This document shows positions 38,399-48,700 of a stretch of DNA of 64,000 bases, piece by piece; position 1 is the first letter of the stretch; the number at the start of each line of letters is the position of its first letter. The notes beneath the pieces are model-generated. The model did no database searches. It saw only the letters and a list, made by a program, of their open reading frames with translations, and was not told the origin of the DNA. This DNA is from an uncultured Deferribacteres bacterium (GTDB taxonomy: Bacteria; Zhuqueibacterota; Zhuqueibacteria; Zhuqueibacterales; Geothermadaptataceae). Position numbers and translations under genes: made by a program. Where the stretch lies: assembly GCA_964014485.1 (NCBI GenBank), contig CAXHAT010000007.1, positions 11,928 to 75,927 of the forward strand, read 5' to 3'.

Positions 38399-39928
38399 AG
38401 TATACTGCTCCGGCCGCATTTGGGGGAAGAAAAGCACGTCGCGGATGGACGGCTGATCGGTGAACAGCATGACCAAACGATCGATGCCGACGCCGAGTCC
38501 CGCCGTTGGCGGCATGCCGAATTCGAGCGCGCGCAAGAAGTCTTCGTCCAATGGCTGCGCCTCGTCGTCGCCGCGATCCTTGAGCGCCACTTGCGCCATA
38601 AATCGCTCGCGTTGATCGATGGGATCGTTGAGCTCGGTAAAAGCGTTGCCCATTTCCTTGCCGGCGATAAACGGCTCGAAGCGCTCGACCAATCCCGGCT
38701 TATCGCGATGCTTTTTAGCCAGCGGCGAGAGCGAAAGCGGGTGGTCGGTGATAAAGGTCGGCTGAATCAGTTTCGGCTCGACCAATTCGCTAAAAATTTC
38801 ATCAATAATTTTGCCTTCGCCCCAGGTTTTGTCGACGTGAATATCCAGCTTCTTGGCAATCGCGGTCAGCTCCTCCAGATTTTTTTCGTAGAGATCGTAG
38901 CCGGTTTCCTTTTCAATCGCCTCCAGCAGCGGCACGCGCGGCCACGGCGGAGAAAGATCGATTTCATGACCCTGAAAATTGACTTTGTAGTTGCCGTAAA
39001 TGTCCTGTGCGATTTTGCCGAACATCTTCTCGACCATGTCCATCAGATAATGGTAATCCTGGTAGGCGACGTAGACCTCCATCATCGTGAACTCAGGGTT
39101 GTGGAAACGATCCATGCCTTCATTGCGAAAATCCTTCGCGAATTCAAACACGCCGTCGTAGCCGCCGACGATGAGGCGTTTGAGATAAAGCTCGTCCGCG
39201 ATGCGCAGGTAGAGCTCCATATCCAAAGTGTTGTGGTGCGTGATGAATGGACGCGCCGCGGCGCCGCCGTAAAGCGGTTGTAAAATCGGCGTTTCCACTT
39301 CGAGAAAACTGCGCCCTAAAAGAAATTCTCTCATGCTGCGAATAACCTGGCTGCGTTTTTCAAAAACTTCGCGCACTTGCGGATTGACGATGAGATCAAC
39401 GTAACGCTGGCGGTAGCGCATTTCCTTATCCGCGAAAGCGTCGAACACGACTTTTTTGCCGCCCTCGACTTTTTCTTTTACGATGGGGATCGGGCGCAGG
39501 GTTTTGGAGAGCATGGTGAAGGAGTTCGCCGCAATCGTCACCTCGCCGGTGCGCGTTTTGGTAACTTGCCCGCTCACGCCGACGAGATCGCCGATGTCCG
39601 CAAGGCCAAAAACGGCGTAGTCTTGCTCGCTCAGAGATTTGATGTTGACGTAAATCTGCAATCGCCCCTTGCTGTCTTCGATGTGGGCAAACGAAGCTTT
39701 GCCCATTTTGCGCAGCGACATCAAACGCCCGGCAACGGTCGCTTCATTGTTTTCAAACTCTTCAAAATTTTCGATGATTTCTGAAGTAAAATGTTCACGC
39801 GCAAAGCTCTGCGGATAAGGGTTGACGCCCATTTCTTGCAGCTTTGCCAATTTCTCGCGCCGCACGCGCATGACTTCGTTGAGTTCTTCGGAGGAAGGAT
39901 GTGAATGTTCTGTGTTGTGATCGCTCAT
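38396..39928 (-). CDS. lysS: Class II lysyl-tRNA synthetase
   Basis: RYRQRYVDL, YLRIADELYLKRLIVGG, FRNEG..HNPEFTMME and GMPPTAGLGVGIDRL. Confidence 0.98.
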   Translation of the reverse strand: MSDHNTEHSHPSSEELNEVMRVRREKLAKLQEMGVNPYPQSFAREHFTSEIIENFEEFENNEATVAGRLMSLRKMGKASFAHIEDSKGRLQIYVNIKSLSEQDYAVFGLADIGDLVGVSGQVTKTRTGEVTIAANSFTMLSKTLRPIPIVKEKVEGGKKVVFDAFADKEMRYRQRYVDLIVNPQVREVFEKRSQVIRSMREFLLGRSFLEVETPILQPLYGGAAARPFITHHNTLDMELYLRIADELYLKRLIVGGYDGVFEFAKDFRNEGMDRFHNPEFTMMEVYVAYQDYHYLMDMVEKMFGKIAQDIYGNYKVNFQGHEIDLSPPWPRVPLLEAIEKETGYDLYEKNLEELTAIAKKLDIHVDKTWGEGKIIDEIFSELVEPKLIQPTFITDHPLSLSPLAKKHRDKPGLVERFEPFIAGKEMGNAFTELNDPIDQRERFMAQVALKDRGDDEAQPLDEDFLRALEFGMPPTAGLGVGIDRLVMLFTDQPSIRDVLFFPQMRPEQYT

Positions 39929-40002
39929 TAGCTCAGACCCTGATAATAGAAAATTAAAACTTGTGCAAACCTGAATATTTCAGGCTAGGCGAATTCCCGA
40001 AA

Positions 40003-40069
40003 TGTCATTCAGGAAGAGGCTATTTGACTCACGCCTTAAACGGGCAAAATAAATTCATCCTGAATGACG
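40003..40069. repeat. TGTC/CGTC-type REP-like inverted repeat
   Basis: GTCATTCAGGAAGA pairs with TCATCCTGAATGAC (13/14 match), with weaker pairing extending outward. Confidence 0.5.
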
Positions 40070-40191
40070 GCTGGGAAAGTTGTTGCCTGGGAAAAATAAA
40101 GGCCGGGAATATAATGATTGAAAAAAAGGGATGCACGCTAAAATTTAGGGGGTGGGGTAATAAAATTGGAAATATTGAAAGCGGTCTTGCG

Positions 40192-41343
40192 CTATTTTAT
40201 CCCACTCCCTGAACGATAAATTCGCAGAACGCGCTTGCCTATGCCGCAAACAACTTCGTATGGAATCGTATCGAGCGCGTCACACATTTCATAGACGGTG
40301 ATTTCTTCATCACCCTGCCTGCCGAGCAGCACCGATTCGTCGCCGACTTTTGCTTGAGAATCCGGCCCCAGATTTAACATGGTCATGTCCATGCAAATCC
40401 GCCCGGCAATGGGCGCACGTTTGCCGTTGACCAAGACGTCGAAACGATTGGAAAGTTCGCGCCGGTAGCCGTCCGCATAACCGACTGGAATGACGCCGAT
40501 TTTGGTCTCTTTCGTCGCCCGCCACGTCTGGCCGTAACCGACGGTTTCGCCTTTCTTGAGCGTTTTGACTTGAACCAGTTTTGTCCGCCAAGTGAGCGCC
40601 GTGCGCAACGGCAAAACTTGAGCAAGCGCGCTGTCCGGCACATAGCCGTACATGATCAATCCCGGTCGAACGAGGTTAAAATTTGCTTCGGGCATATTGA
40701 GCACGGCCCCACTATTGGCGGCGTGAGTGAATTTGAAGGAAAATCCCATCGCTTTGGCGGTTTCAATGATTTGATGAAACCGTTGCAATTGCAAATTTGC
40801 GAACGATTTATCCGCCGCTTCGGAAGTCGCGAAATGCGTCATCAATCCAACATATTCGAAAGATTGATGCTTTCGCAGTTTGTCGAGAACGGCCGTCGCT
40901 TCCCGCCAATCGAAGCCCAGGCGTCCCATTCCCGTATCGAATTTGAAGTGAACCGGAACGCGCTGTGAGCGCTCAATGGCAAAGGCCGCCAGTACGTCGG
41001 CTTGTTCAAAATGGGAGACTGTGAATTCCAGTTTATGATTGGCGAACAATGGAATTTCTTCCGGAGAAAATCCGCCCATTACCTGAATCGGCGCTTCGAT
41101 TCCCGTGTTCCGTAACGCAGCGCCCTCGAAGCCGTGAGCGACGGCGAGACGTTTGGCTCCTGCTTGCAGCGCCGTCTTGGCGATTGCCACAGCGCCGTGT
41201 CCGTAGCCGTCCGCCTTCACAACGGCGGCAATTTCCGCCGGATGTACACGCAGCGCTATCTGGCGGAGGTTCTCGTGAATTGCCGACAGGTTGATTTCAG
41301 TGATGGAAGGATGGTTCTTAAATTCTGCTCTCGAAGTTGACAT
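40192..41343 (-). CDS. alr: Alanine racemase
   Basis: AVVKADGYGHG, DTGMGRLG, VGYADGY, GRICMD and TIPYE. Confidence 0.97.
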   Translation of the reverse strand: MSTSRAEFKNHPSITEINLSAIHENLRQIALRVHPAEIAAVVKADGYGHGAVAIAKTALQAGAKRLAVAHGFEGAALRNTGIEAPIQVMGGFSPEEIPLFANHKLEFTVSHFEQADVLAAFAIERSQRVPVHFKFDTGMGRLGFDWREATAVLDKLRKHQSFEYVGLMTHFATSEAADKSFANLQLQRFHQIIETAKAMGFSFKFTHAANSGAVLNMPEANFNLVRPGLIMYGYVPDSALAQVLPLRTALTWRTKLVQVKTLKKGETVGYGQTWRATKETKIGVIPVGYADGYRRELSNRFDVLVNGKRAPIAGRICMDMTMLNLGPDSQAKVGDESVLLGRQGDEEITVYEMCDALDTIPYEVVCGIGKRVLRIYRSGSGIK

Positions 41344-41451
41344 GCTCGCTCTATTAAAAACAGTGGTTTGTAGTGTGAAAATATAAATTGCTTAATGCAC
41401 AGATTATTCCTGCTCTGTACATCGACCAGAATCAACAAAGCGTTTAAATTC

Positions 41452-42315
41452 TCATGATGACAGTTCGCTCATCTGCAATTCCGGTAATTGATTGATGACT
41501 TTGAGAAAAGTCTTCGGTTCGGGACGAACGCGGTAATTGTCAGAAGTTTCCCAATACACGATTTTTCCTTGAGAATCAGCGATGATGATCGTCGGCAAAA
41601 CCGTTTCTGATTTGTAACCGAGAATTTGAAATCCTGCGGGCAAACCGAATTTTTGCTCAATGCCCAATTTACGGGCGGCTGTGTTTTTTTTGTCGACCAG
41701 AAACTGTAGCGGCGCGTCAAATTTTTCGGCCAGGCTGCGCGAATAGCGGTGCGGCTGCGGACTCGCAAGAACGATATTCACGCCTTTTTCAACAATTCGT
41801 TTGTATTGCTCGGCAATCTCTTTAATCTGCGCCATGCAGAGCGGACACCAGTTGCCGCGATAGAAAAGAAATAGTGTCGGGCGTTCAAGCGGAGCGTTAA
41901 AATTCACGGGTTTTTCATCGAAAGTTTCCAATTGAAACTCCGGTAAAACATCGCCCTGTTTTAGCTTCTTTGCATTTGAATTCAAGGCAGAGTACCAAAA
42001 CACATAGGCCAGCCAGCCCGCAAGCATAATCGCGCCGTAATAAATCGGCGTTTGCGATTCCGTGCCGTCTAAAAATATGACGACAGTTGCGAGCGAAACC
42101 AAAGTCGTCCAGCCATGCAGCTTTCGTGAAGTGCGTGCGTTGTCGCCGACGAGCAGCCAGGTGAAAAAAGCAAGAATCGTCAATGAAGAGACGGCTGTTC
42201 CGGCCCATGTCAGACGCGCGCCTGAAAAAATGATTTCTGTTATGCCGTGAAGAAAAAAAGCCAGCGCCAGCATCGTAAAAACGCTGATGAAGATTGATTT
42301 GAATAGATTTGTCAT
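41452..42315 (-). CDS. Membrane-anchored peroxiredoxin-like (AhpC/TSA) protein
   Basis: About four N-terminal TM segments followed by FYRGNWCPLC. Confidence 0.82.
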   Translation of the reverse strand: MTNLFKSIFISVFTMLALAFFLHGITEIIFSGARLTWAGTAVSSLTILAFFTWLLVGDNARTSRKLHGWTTLVSLATVVIFLDGTESQTPIYYGAIMLAGWLAYVFWYSALNSNAKKLKQGDVLPEFQLETFDEKPVNFNAPLERPTLFLFYRGNWCPLCMAQIKEIAEQYKRIVEKGVNIVLASPQPHRYSRSLAEKFDAPLQFLVDKKNTAARKLGIEQKFGLPAGFQILGYKSETVLPTIIIADSQGKIVYWETSDNYRVRPEPKTFLKVINQLPELQMSELSS

Positions 42316-42344
42316 GATTGTTATTTCCCTGAGAGTGTAACAAT

Positions 42345-42535
42345 TACTATAACGTTAAGTTAGCCTCAAAAACTGGCTGATTTCCATTCAGGAGCGCTTC
42401 AAAAGCAGCCTGAAGGCTGAACTACAAACGACTGTGCTTCCCTTACGCTTCAGAATTGGCAGAACGCATTGTCGTTTGTAGTTCAAGCTTAGCTTGTTTT
42501 GCTAAACGTTTCGAGGCGGACTTAACGTTGTAGTA
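42345..42535. mobile_element. MITE-like element, shell D, carrying the same GTAGTTCA REP doublet as shell C
   Basis: 27-bp TIR TACTATAACGTTAAGTTAGCCTCAAAA (23/27 match). REP arms at 42406-42429 and 42474-42496. The spacer is homologous to 14881-14922. Confidence 0.8.
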
Positions 42536-42758
42536 CAATGCACCATAGCCATGTTAATTTTTGGAAAAACGCCAAAGCGATTTGCTTCTCAAGCTAAAGC
42601 AACATGTAAAAAAGCGCGCTATTCCCAAAATCTCATGAGCCGAATTTACGCTCAAGGCGCTCGCTATTCTCAGGTTGCTTGTTCAGGGCAAGCGCGTTAT
42701 ATTACCAAACATTTTGCCTGTTGAACTTCTCATAAAAGTAAAAGCGTACTCGTTGCGA

Positions 42759-43496
42759 ATGTCGAATCGAACTACAAAAAAAATTGGCGTCTTTCTTCCC
42801 GCGTTGTTTTTCGCGCTCTCCAACCTGGCTTACGCCCAGACGCTGGATGAGATTGTCCAAAAGAATTTAGCTGCACGCGGCGGCTATGAAAAGTTGAAAC
42901 AATTAAACGCGTTTACTCGAAAAGGGACGATATTTATTCCAGGCGCTTCGCTCAATTTTGCATTTACTTCGATCAACATGCGTCCCAACTTCATTCGAGT
43001 AGAATCCAGTTTCAATAGTCAAAAAATGATTGAGGCTTACGACGGCCAGGCCGCTTGGTCGATCAACCCGCTGATGGGATCGACGGAGCCTCGCGTAATG
43101 CCGAAAAGCGAAGCGAAATCTTTCCTGGAACAGGCCGAGTTCGACCATCCGTTTATCGATTATCAATCGCGAAAAATTGCATTGAAATTGACGGGCAAGG
43201 AGATTGTTGGAGATCGTGAGGCTTTTTTGATCAGGCGCAATACCGAAACCCGCGATTTTGACGTTTACTTTGTTGATTCTCAAACATATCAAATCATCCA
43301 GAAACGTTCGCGCCGCATTGTTCGCGGACAAACGATTGACACGTTGACGCGCTTCAGCGATTTCCGCGAGACCGCTGGACTGGTTAGTCCGCGATTCATC
43401 GAAATTGACGGGCCGCAACGGTCGGAAATTACGATAGAAGAAATCACTTATAACGAAAATCACGGCAAGGAAATTTTTTCGATGCCGACATTCTAA
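42759..43496 (+). CDS. Secreted LolA-fold-like / outer-membrane lipoprotein-sorting-like protein, paralogue 1
   Basis: QTLDEIVQKNLAARGGYEKL, RPN, AYDGQAAW and FSDFRE; clearly paralogous to the next two ORFs. The fold assignment is inference. Confidence 0.65.
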   Translation: MSNRTTKKIGVFLPALFFALSNLAYAQTLDEIVQKNLAARGGYEKLKQLNAFTRKGTIFIPGASLNFAFTSINMRPNFIRVESSFNSQKMIEAYDGQAAWSINPLMGSTEPRVMPKSEAKSFLEQAEFDHPFIDYQSRKIALKLTGKEIVGDREAFLIRRNTETRDFDVYFVDSQTYQIIQKRSRRIVRGQTIDTLTRFSDFRETAGLVSPRFIEIDGPQRSEITIEEITYNENHGKEIFSMPTF

Positions 43497-43519
43497 TTCA
43501 TATTTTTGAGGAGAGTTCG

Positions 43520-44263
43520 ATGTTAAGAAAAATCTCAGCTTTTTTGGCGTTTTCACTCTTGGCGTTTTCACTCTTGGCGTTCGCCGCAGTTTTGCAAGCG
43601 CAAGACCTTGACGAATTGCTTAAGAAAAACATTGACGCCAAAGGCGGACTGGAAAAAATCAAGTCAATAAAAACTTTCCAGATGAACGCCACGATGTCGA
43701 TGCCGGCGATGGGGATGGAAGCAAAGGTCAAAATGTACAATGCGCGCCCAAACAAGATGCGCATGGAAGGCGACATGATGGGACAGCAATTTGTCCAAGC
43801 TTCTGACGGCGAAAAGCATTGGTGGATCATGCCGTTCATGGGGATCATGAGCGCGGCGGAGATTCCAGGCGAACAAGCCAAGCCGATTGAAAACCAGGCG
43901 GATTTCGAAGGCCCTTTTATTGACTATAAAAAGAAGGGTCATAAAATTGAGTTGATCGGCAAAGAGGACGTTGAAGGAACGGAAGCCTATAAGCTGCACG
44001 TGACTTACAAGAACGGCTTTGAGACGGACGTTTTCCTCGATGCGGAGCATTATCTTGAAATTAAGGCCGTCGCAAAAATCAGCGCGCAAGGGATGGAAAT
44101 TGAGCAAACGACTTATTTTAGCGATTACAAGGAAGTCGACGGTTTTGTTTACGCGGCGTCGTTCAAGCAAGTCAATCCGCAGATGGAGATTCAATTCACA
44201 ATCAATGAGATCAAAATCAACGAAGAAATAGACCCGTCGCTGTTTTCGATGCCGGAAAATTAA
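43520..44263 (+). CDS. Secreted LolA-fold-like protein, paralogue 2
   Basis: LDELLKKNIDAKGGLEKI, RPNKMRME, GKEDVEGTEAYKL and FSDYKEVDG. Confidence 0.7.
   Translation: MLRKISAFLAFSLLAFSLLAFAAVLQAQDLDELLKKNIDAKGGLEKIKSIKTFQMNATMSMPAMGMEAKVKMYNARPNKMRMEGDMMGQQFVQASDGEKHWWIMPFMGIMSAAEIPGEQAKPIENQADFEGPFIDYKKKGHKIELIGKEDVEGTEAYKLHVTYKNGFETDVFLDAEHYLEIKAVAKISAQGMEIEQTTYFSDYKEVDGFVYAASFKQVNPQMEIQFTINEIKINEEIDPSLFSMPEN
43544..43581 (+). repeat. In-frame 15-bp tandem repeat in a signal peptide
   Basis: TTGGCGTTTTCACTC x2 plus TTGGCGTT, encoding LAFSL LAFSL LAF. Confidence 0.9.
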
Positions 44264-44277
44264 TCCAAATTCAAAAT

Positions 44278-44318
44278 AAAAGCGCGTCGCCTGTTTTAAT
44301 AAGCGACGCGCTTTTTTT
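44278..44318 (+). terminator. Intrinsic terminator
   Basis: AAAAGCGCGTCGC / GCGACGCGCTTTTTTT stem with T-run. Confidence 0.85.
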
Positions 44319-44333
44319 GTGTATTTTTCACTT

Positions 44334-44518
44334 GCTGCCTGACGCTTTTTTGCGAACTCGTGCTAAGTCCCATTGTGTCATTCTGAAAGAATCTTTGTTA
44401 TCGCCCAGTACGGATTGTGCTCAAAGTTCAAGGGTGAGACTAAAAAGGATGCTTGCTGCATGACAATTCCGGCCTTTTTCGCCAGCTTTAGAAGCCTATA
44501 CAAAAAATGTCAGGTAGT
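44334..44518. mobile_element. MITE-like element, shell A, with TGTCAT-type REP doublet
   Basis: Ends GCTGCCTGACGCTTTTT / AAAAAATGTCAGGTAGT; cargo TGTCATTCTGAAAGAATCT..GATGCTTGCTGCATGACA; homologous to 45410-45608. Confidence 0.75.
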
Positions 44519-44549
44519 GAAATTTTTTATGAGGTGGAGGTTTAATTAC

Positions 44550-45281
44550 ATGAAAAAGTTACTGCTGTTTTTTACTGGAGCGCTTCTTGTGGCCGCTCCC
44601 GCTTTGTCGCAAGACGTCGACGATATTATCAAAAAGCACATTGAAGCCTTGGGCGGCGCGGAAAAACTCGCCGGAATCAAAACGATCAAGATTTCCGGCA
44701 ATATGACGATGGCCATGATGGGGCTGGAAGGCCAAATCAGCAGAACCGTCATGCGCCCGAACATGGTTCGCATGGAAATTGACGTCATGGGGCAAACCAT
44801 CGTCCAGGCTTTTGACGGCGAAGAGGCTTGGCAAATTATGCCGTTTATGGGCAACCCGAATCCGGATAAAATGCCGGAAGAGCAAGCCAAGCTGATGACG
44901 CGCGACGCCGATCTGGACGGGCCGCTGGTTGACTATAAGAAAAAAGGCCACAAAGTTGAATTATTAGGCGAAGATGATTTTGAAGGCACCAAAGTTTACA
45001 AGCTCAAGGTCATGCTCAAGAACGGCGCAGAGTATTTGACGTTTATTGACGCCGAACATCATCTGGAATTGAAGCAAATCACCAAAGTCAAATCGCAGCA
45101 GGGCGGCGAGGTTGAAGCAACGGCGGTTTTCGGTGATTTCAAGCCGGTGAACGGCGTAATGATGCCGCACGCTATTACGCTCACCGACCCGATGAACGGC
45201 TCAATCGAAGTCACGTTTTCCAATGTTGAAGTCAACGGCGAGGTTGATGAATCAAAATTCAAGAAGCCCGCTGGAGAATAA
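44550..45281 (+). CDS. Secreted LolA-fold-like protein, paralogue 3
   Basis: ATG at 44550 after GGAGG; VDDIIKKHIEALGGAEKL, RPNMVRME and QAFDGEEAW. Confidence 0.7.
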   Translation: MKKLLLFFTGALLVAAPALSQDVDDIIKKHIEALGGAEKLAGIKTIKISGNMTMAMMGLEGQISRTVMRPNMVRMEIDVMGQTIVQAFDGEEAWQIMPFMGNPNPDKMPEEQAKLMTRDADLDGPLVDYKKKGHKVELLGEDDFEGTKVYKLKVMLKNGAEYLTFIDAEHHLELKQITKVKSQQGGEVEATAVFGDFKPVNGVMMPHAITLTDPMNGSIEVTFSNVEVNGEVDESKFKKPAGE

Positions 45282-45409
45282 GCCGTTATTTTTGTTTAAG
45301 CTTTACCTAACAACCGTCCAGTTTGTCATGCTGAAAGCATTTTTTTTGCTATCAACGTACGACCTTCGCTCATTACTTGTAATTGCAAAAGATTCTTGGG
45401 GAATGATTC

Positions 45410-45608
45410 TCTATCTGACGCCTTTTTGTAAACTGCATTTTCGAGTCGTCGAAAAGCCCCGTTTTGTCATTCTGAAAGAATCTTTGTTATCGCCCAGTAC
45501 AGAGCATGCTCAAAAGTTCATGGGTCAGGTCAAAAAAGATGCTTCCAGCATGACAATACCGGCCTTTTTCACCAATTTTAGAAGCCTAAACAAAAAGTGT
45601 CGGGTAGT
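45410..45608. mobile_element. MITE-like element, shell A, with TGTCAT-type REP doublet; a degenerate inverted doublet lies just upstream (about 45326-45406)
   Basis: Ends TCTATCTGACGCCTTTT / AAAAAGTGTCGGGTAGT; shares TGTCATTCTGAAAGAATCTTTGTTATCGCCCAGTAC with the 44.3-kb copy. Confidence 0.75.
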
Positions 45609-45725
45609 GAAGGGGAATGACAAACCGACGCCGAACATTTGTGACTTAAAAGCAAGGGAGAGACGAACTTTTCGTTTCTCCCTTTTTCGTACCGGATTGT
45701 TTAAAATATTTTGAGGAGTGGAGAA

Positions 45726-48700
45726 ATGCAAAAATATGCTCGATGGATTCTTTTCGTTCTTTTTCTAAGCTCGAGTTTGGTTTTTGGCGCTGAAAAAAAT
45801 GACGAAGTCGCTAAAATCGACCCGAATATTTTTGGAGAAATCAGCGCGCGCGCCATTGGCCCGGCAGTGATGAGCGGACGGATTACTTCGATTGACGTGG
45901 TCAATCAAGACAAAAAAATCATTTTTGTCGGCACGGCCACCGGCGGCGTTTGGCGCTCGAAAAGCGGCGGCGTCAAGTTCGAGCCGATTTTTGACAAGCA
46001 TACACAGTCGGTTGGCGCGGTTCGCGTGGATCAGAAAAATCCCAAGAACATTTGGGTGGGAACCGGTGAGCATTGCCCGCGCAACAGCGTGAGCGTCGGA
46101 ACGGGCGTTTATAAATCCACCGACGGCGGCGAAAATTTTCGCAGCGTCGGTTTGACGGATTCCGAACGCATCAGCAACATTCTGGTCGATCCGACAAATT
46201 CGGACGTCGTCTATGTTGCCGCACTCGGCCATCTCTGGGGGCCTAATGAAGAACGCGGCGTTTTTAAAACAAGCGACGGCGGCAAGACTTGGGAAAAAGT
46301 GCTCTACGTCGACGAAAACACCGGGGCGTCTTCTCTCGCCATGGATCCGCAAGATCCCAACATTCTGTACGCCGGCATGTGGGAATTTCGCCGCAAAGCG
46401 TATACGTTCAATTCGGGCGGCGCCGGCAGCAATATTTATAAATCCATCGATGCCGGCAAGACTTGGGAGATTATGCGCAACGGTTTGCCGGAAGGAAATT
46501 TTGGACGAATTGAGGTTGCCGTCGCGCCTTCGCGTCCAAATGTTGTTTATGCGCTGGTTGAAGCCAAGCAAACGGCGCTTTACCGATCCGACGATCTCGG
46601 CATTAATTGGCGCGAAGTGAACAAATCGAGCACGGTGACCATGCGTCCGTTCTATTTTAGCCACTTGCGCGTCGATCCGAACAATCACGAAACGGTTTAC
46701 AAGCCCGGCTTTACTTTTTCGGCCAGCTTTGACGGCGGTAAATCATTTTCAGCTGGAGGCTTTGGCGGCAGCGTGCATCCGGATCACCACGCGATCTGGA
46801 TCAATCCTGACAACGGCGATCATTTACTTATCGGCACCGACGGCGGCGTTTACGAATCGCGAGACAGGGGAAGAAGCTGGCTGTTTTTCAAGAACTTACC
46901 AGTATCGCAATTTTACCGCGCCAGCTACGATATGAAACAGCCGTACAATGTTTACGGCGGCTTACAGGACAACGGTTCCTGGATGGGGCCGTCCAGCAGT
47001 CCGGGCGGCATTGCCAATAAAAATTGGGAGAATGTTGGCGGCGGCGACGGGTTTTACGTTTTTCCCGATCCCGCTGATGACGACGTGATTTACCTCGAAT
47101 CGCAAGGAGGCAACATTGTTCGCAGGCATGTTTCCACACGTGAAGCCAAGCAGATTAAGCCTTTTCCGAAAGAAGGCGAAGAAAAGTACCGCTTCAACTG
47201 GAACACGCCGATTGCCTTCAGTCCGACCAACCCCAAGCGCATGTATGCCGGCTCGCAATATCTTCTGCGCTCAACCGACCAGGGCGACTCCTGGGAAACG
47301 ATCTCTCCAGACTTAACGACCGACGATCCTGAAAAACAGAAGCAGCACCTTTCGGGCGGGATCACGATTGATAACACCACGGCTGAAAATCATTGCACGA
47401 TTTACGCTATCAGTGAATCGCCGCAAGACCAGACCGTCATTTGGGCGGGCACGGACGACGGCAATTTGCAAGTGACCGCCGATGACGGCAAGACCTGGAC
47501 GGACATCACGGCGAATATTCCAAATTTGCCGCCGGTGACCTGGTGCACCAGCGTGAAAGCCAGCGCCCACGACCGCAACACCGCCTACGCAACATTCGAC
47601 GGTCATCGTAACAACGACATGACGCCGTATGTTTACAAAACCACCGACCTCGGTAAAACCTGGCAAGCTCTGGCGACGGACGCGGTTGAAGGCTATGCGT
47701 TGGATATCTGCGAAGACCCGGTAAACTCGGACTTGCTGTTTTTGGGCACGGAATTCGGGCTGTTCGTTTCGCTGGACGGCGGCGTGCAGTGGGTGCGCTT
47801 CAAAGGCAATTTGCCCAAAGTCGGCGTGCGCGAAATCAAAATTCACCCTCGGGACGCAGACGTTATTCTCGCCACGCACGGACGCGGGATTTACATCATC
47901 GACGATATTACGCCGCTGCGGCAAATCACGCAAGACGTGCTTGCTTCGGACGTTGCGCTTTTCGAATCGCGCTCGTTTATGATTTCAATTCCGGGCTTCG
48001 GGCAGGAGTTTAACGGCGACGATCAATTCGTCGGCGCCAATCCGAATGAAGTGGCTTACATTACGTACTACTTAAAAAAGCGCCATCTTTTCGGCGACAT
48101 GCGCATCGAAATTTACGGCCCGGACGGGGAATTGGTCAAAACGCTTTCCGGCGGTAAGCGCAAGGGGATTAACCGAGCAACCTGGGCGATGCGTTTGCCT
48201 GCGCCGCGCATTCCTCGCTCCAACACCCTCGCGATGGGGGCGATGTTCGGCCCGATGGCAAAGGCCGGAACTTACAGCGTCAAGCTCATCAAGGGCGACA
48301 AGGAATACACCTCTTCGCTGGAGCTAAAGCATGACCCGAAATTTGGCCACACCGCTGAAGATCGCGACTTGCAGCATAAGACCGTGATGCAACTTTATGG
48401 TATGCAAGAAAAGCTGGCGTACATCGCGATGGTGACGACCAAAGCGCGAGATGACGCGAAAAAAAATGCGGAAGGTTTGAAAAAAGGGGATGGATTAGCG
48501 AAAGATTTAACCCGATTCGCCGACGAGCTTGACGCTTTCCACAAGACCGTAGTTTCAACCAGCCGTGCGGGAATGTTTGGCGGTGAAACGAGATTGCGCG
48601 AGAAGATCATCCAGATTTTCGGCTCTGTCAACGGTTACGCTGGCCGTCCCAGCCAGACGGAATTGGATCGCATCGAAGTCTTGAAAGGCGAGCTCACTGA

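Noticed and set aside
39929..40191. Lysine riboswitch or T-box upstream of lysS
   Set aside because: I saw no recognisable consensus motifs; the inverted repeat fits the TGTCAT REP class better. An Rfam scan would settle it.
1385..45714. Short ORFs over intergenic repeats (1385-1597, 12484-12681, 14661-14966, 29283-29615, 29308-29493, 45223-45714), some similar to each other (NKLKFELQTTVHPST)
   Set aside because: The similarity comes from the shared palindromic DNA elements. They have no consistent start, stop or RBS, so this is not a protein family.
29519..46688. Long antisense ORFs (29519-30766, 38420-39283, 45765-46688 and similar)
   Set aside because: They are shadows of well-supported genes on the opposite strand and have no recognisable motifs.
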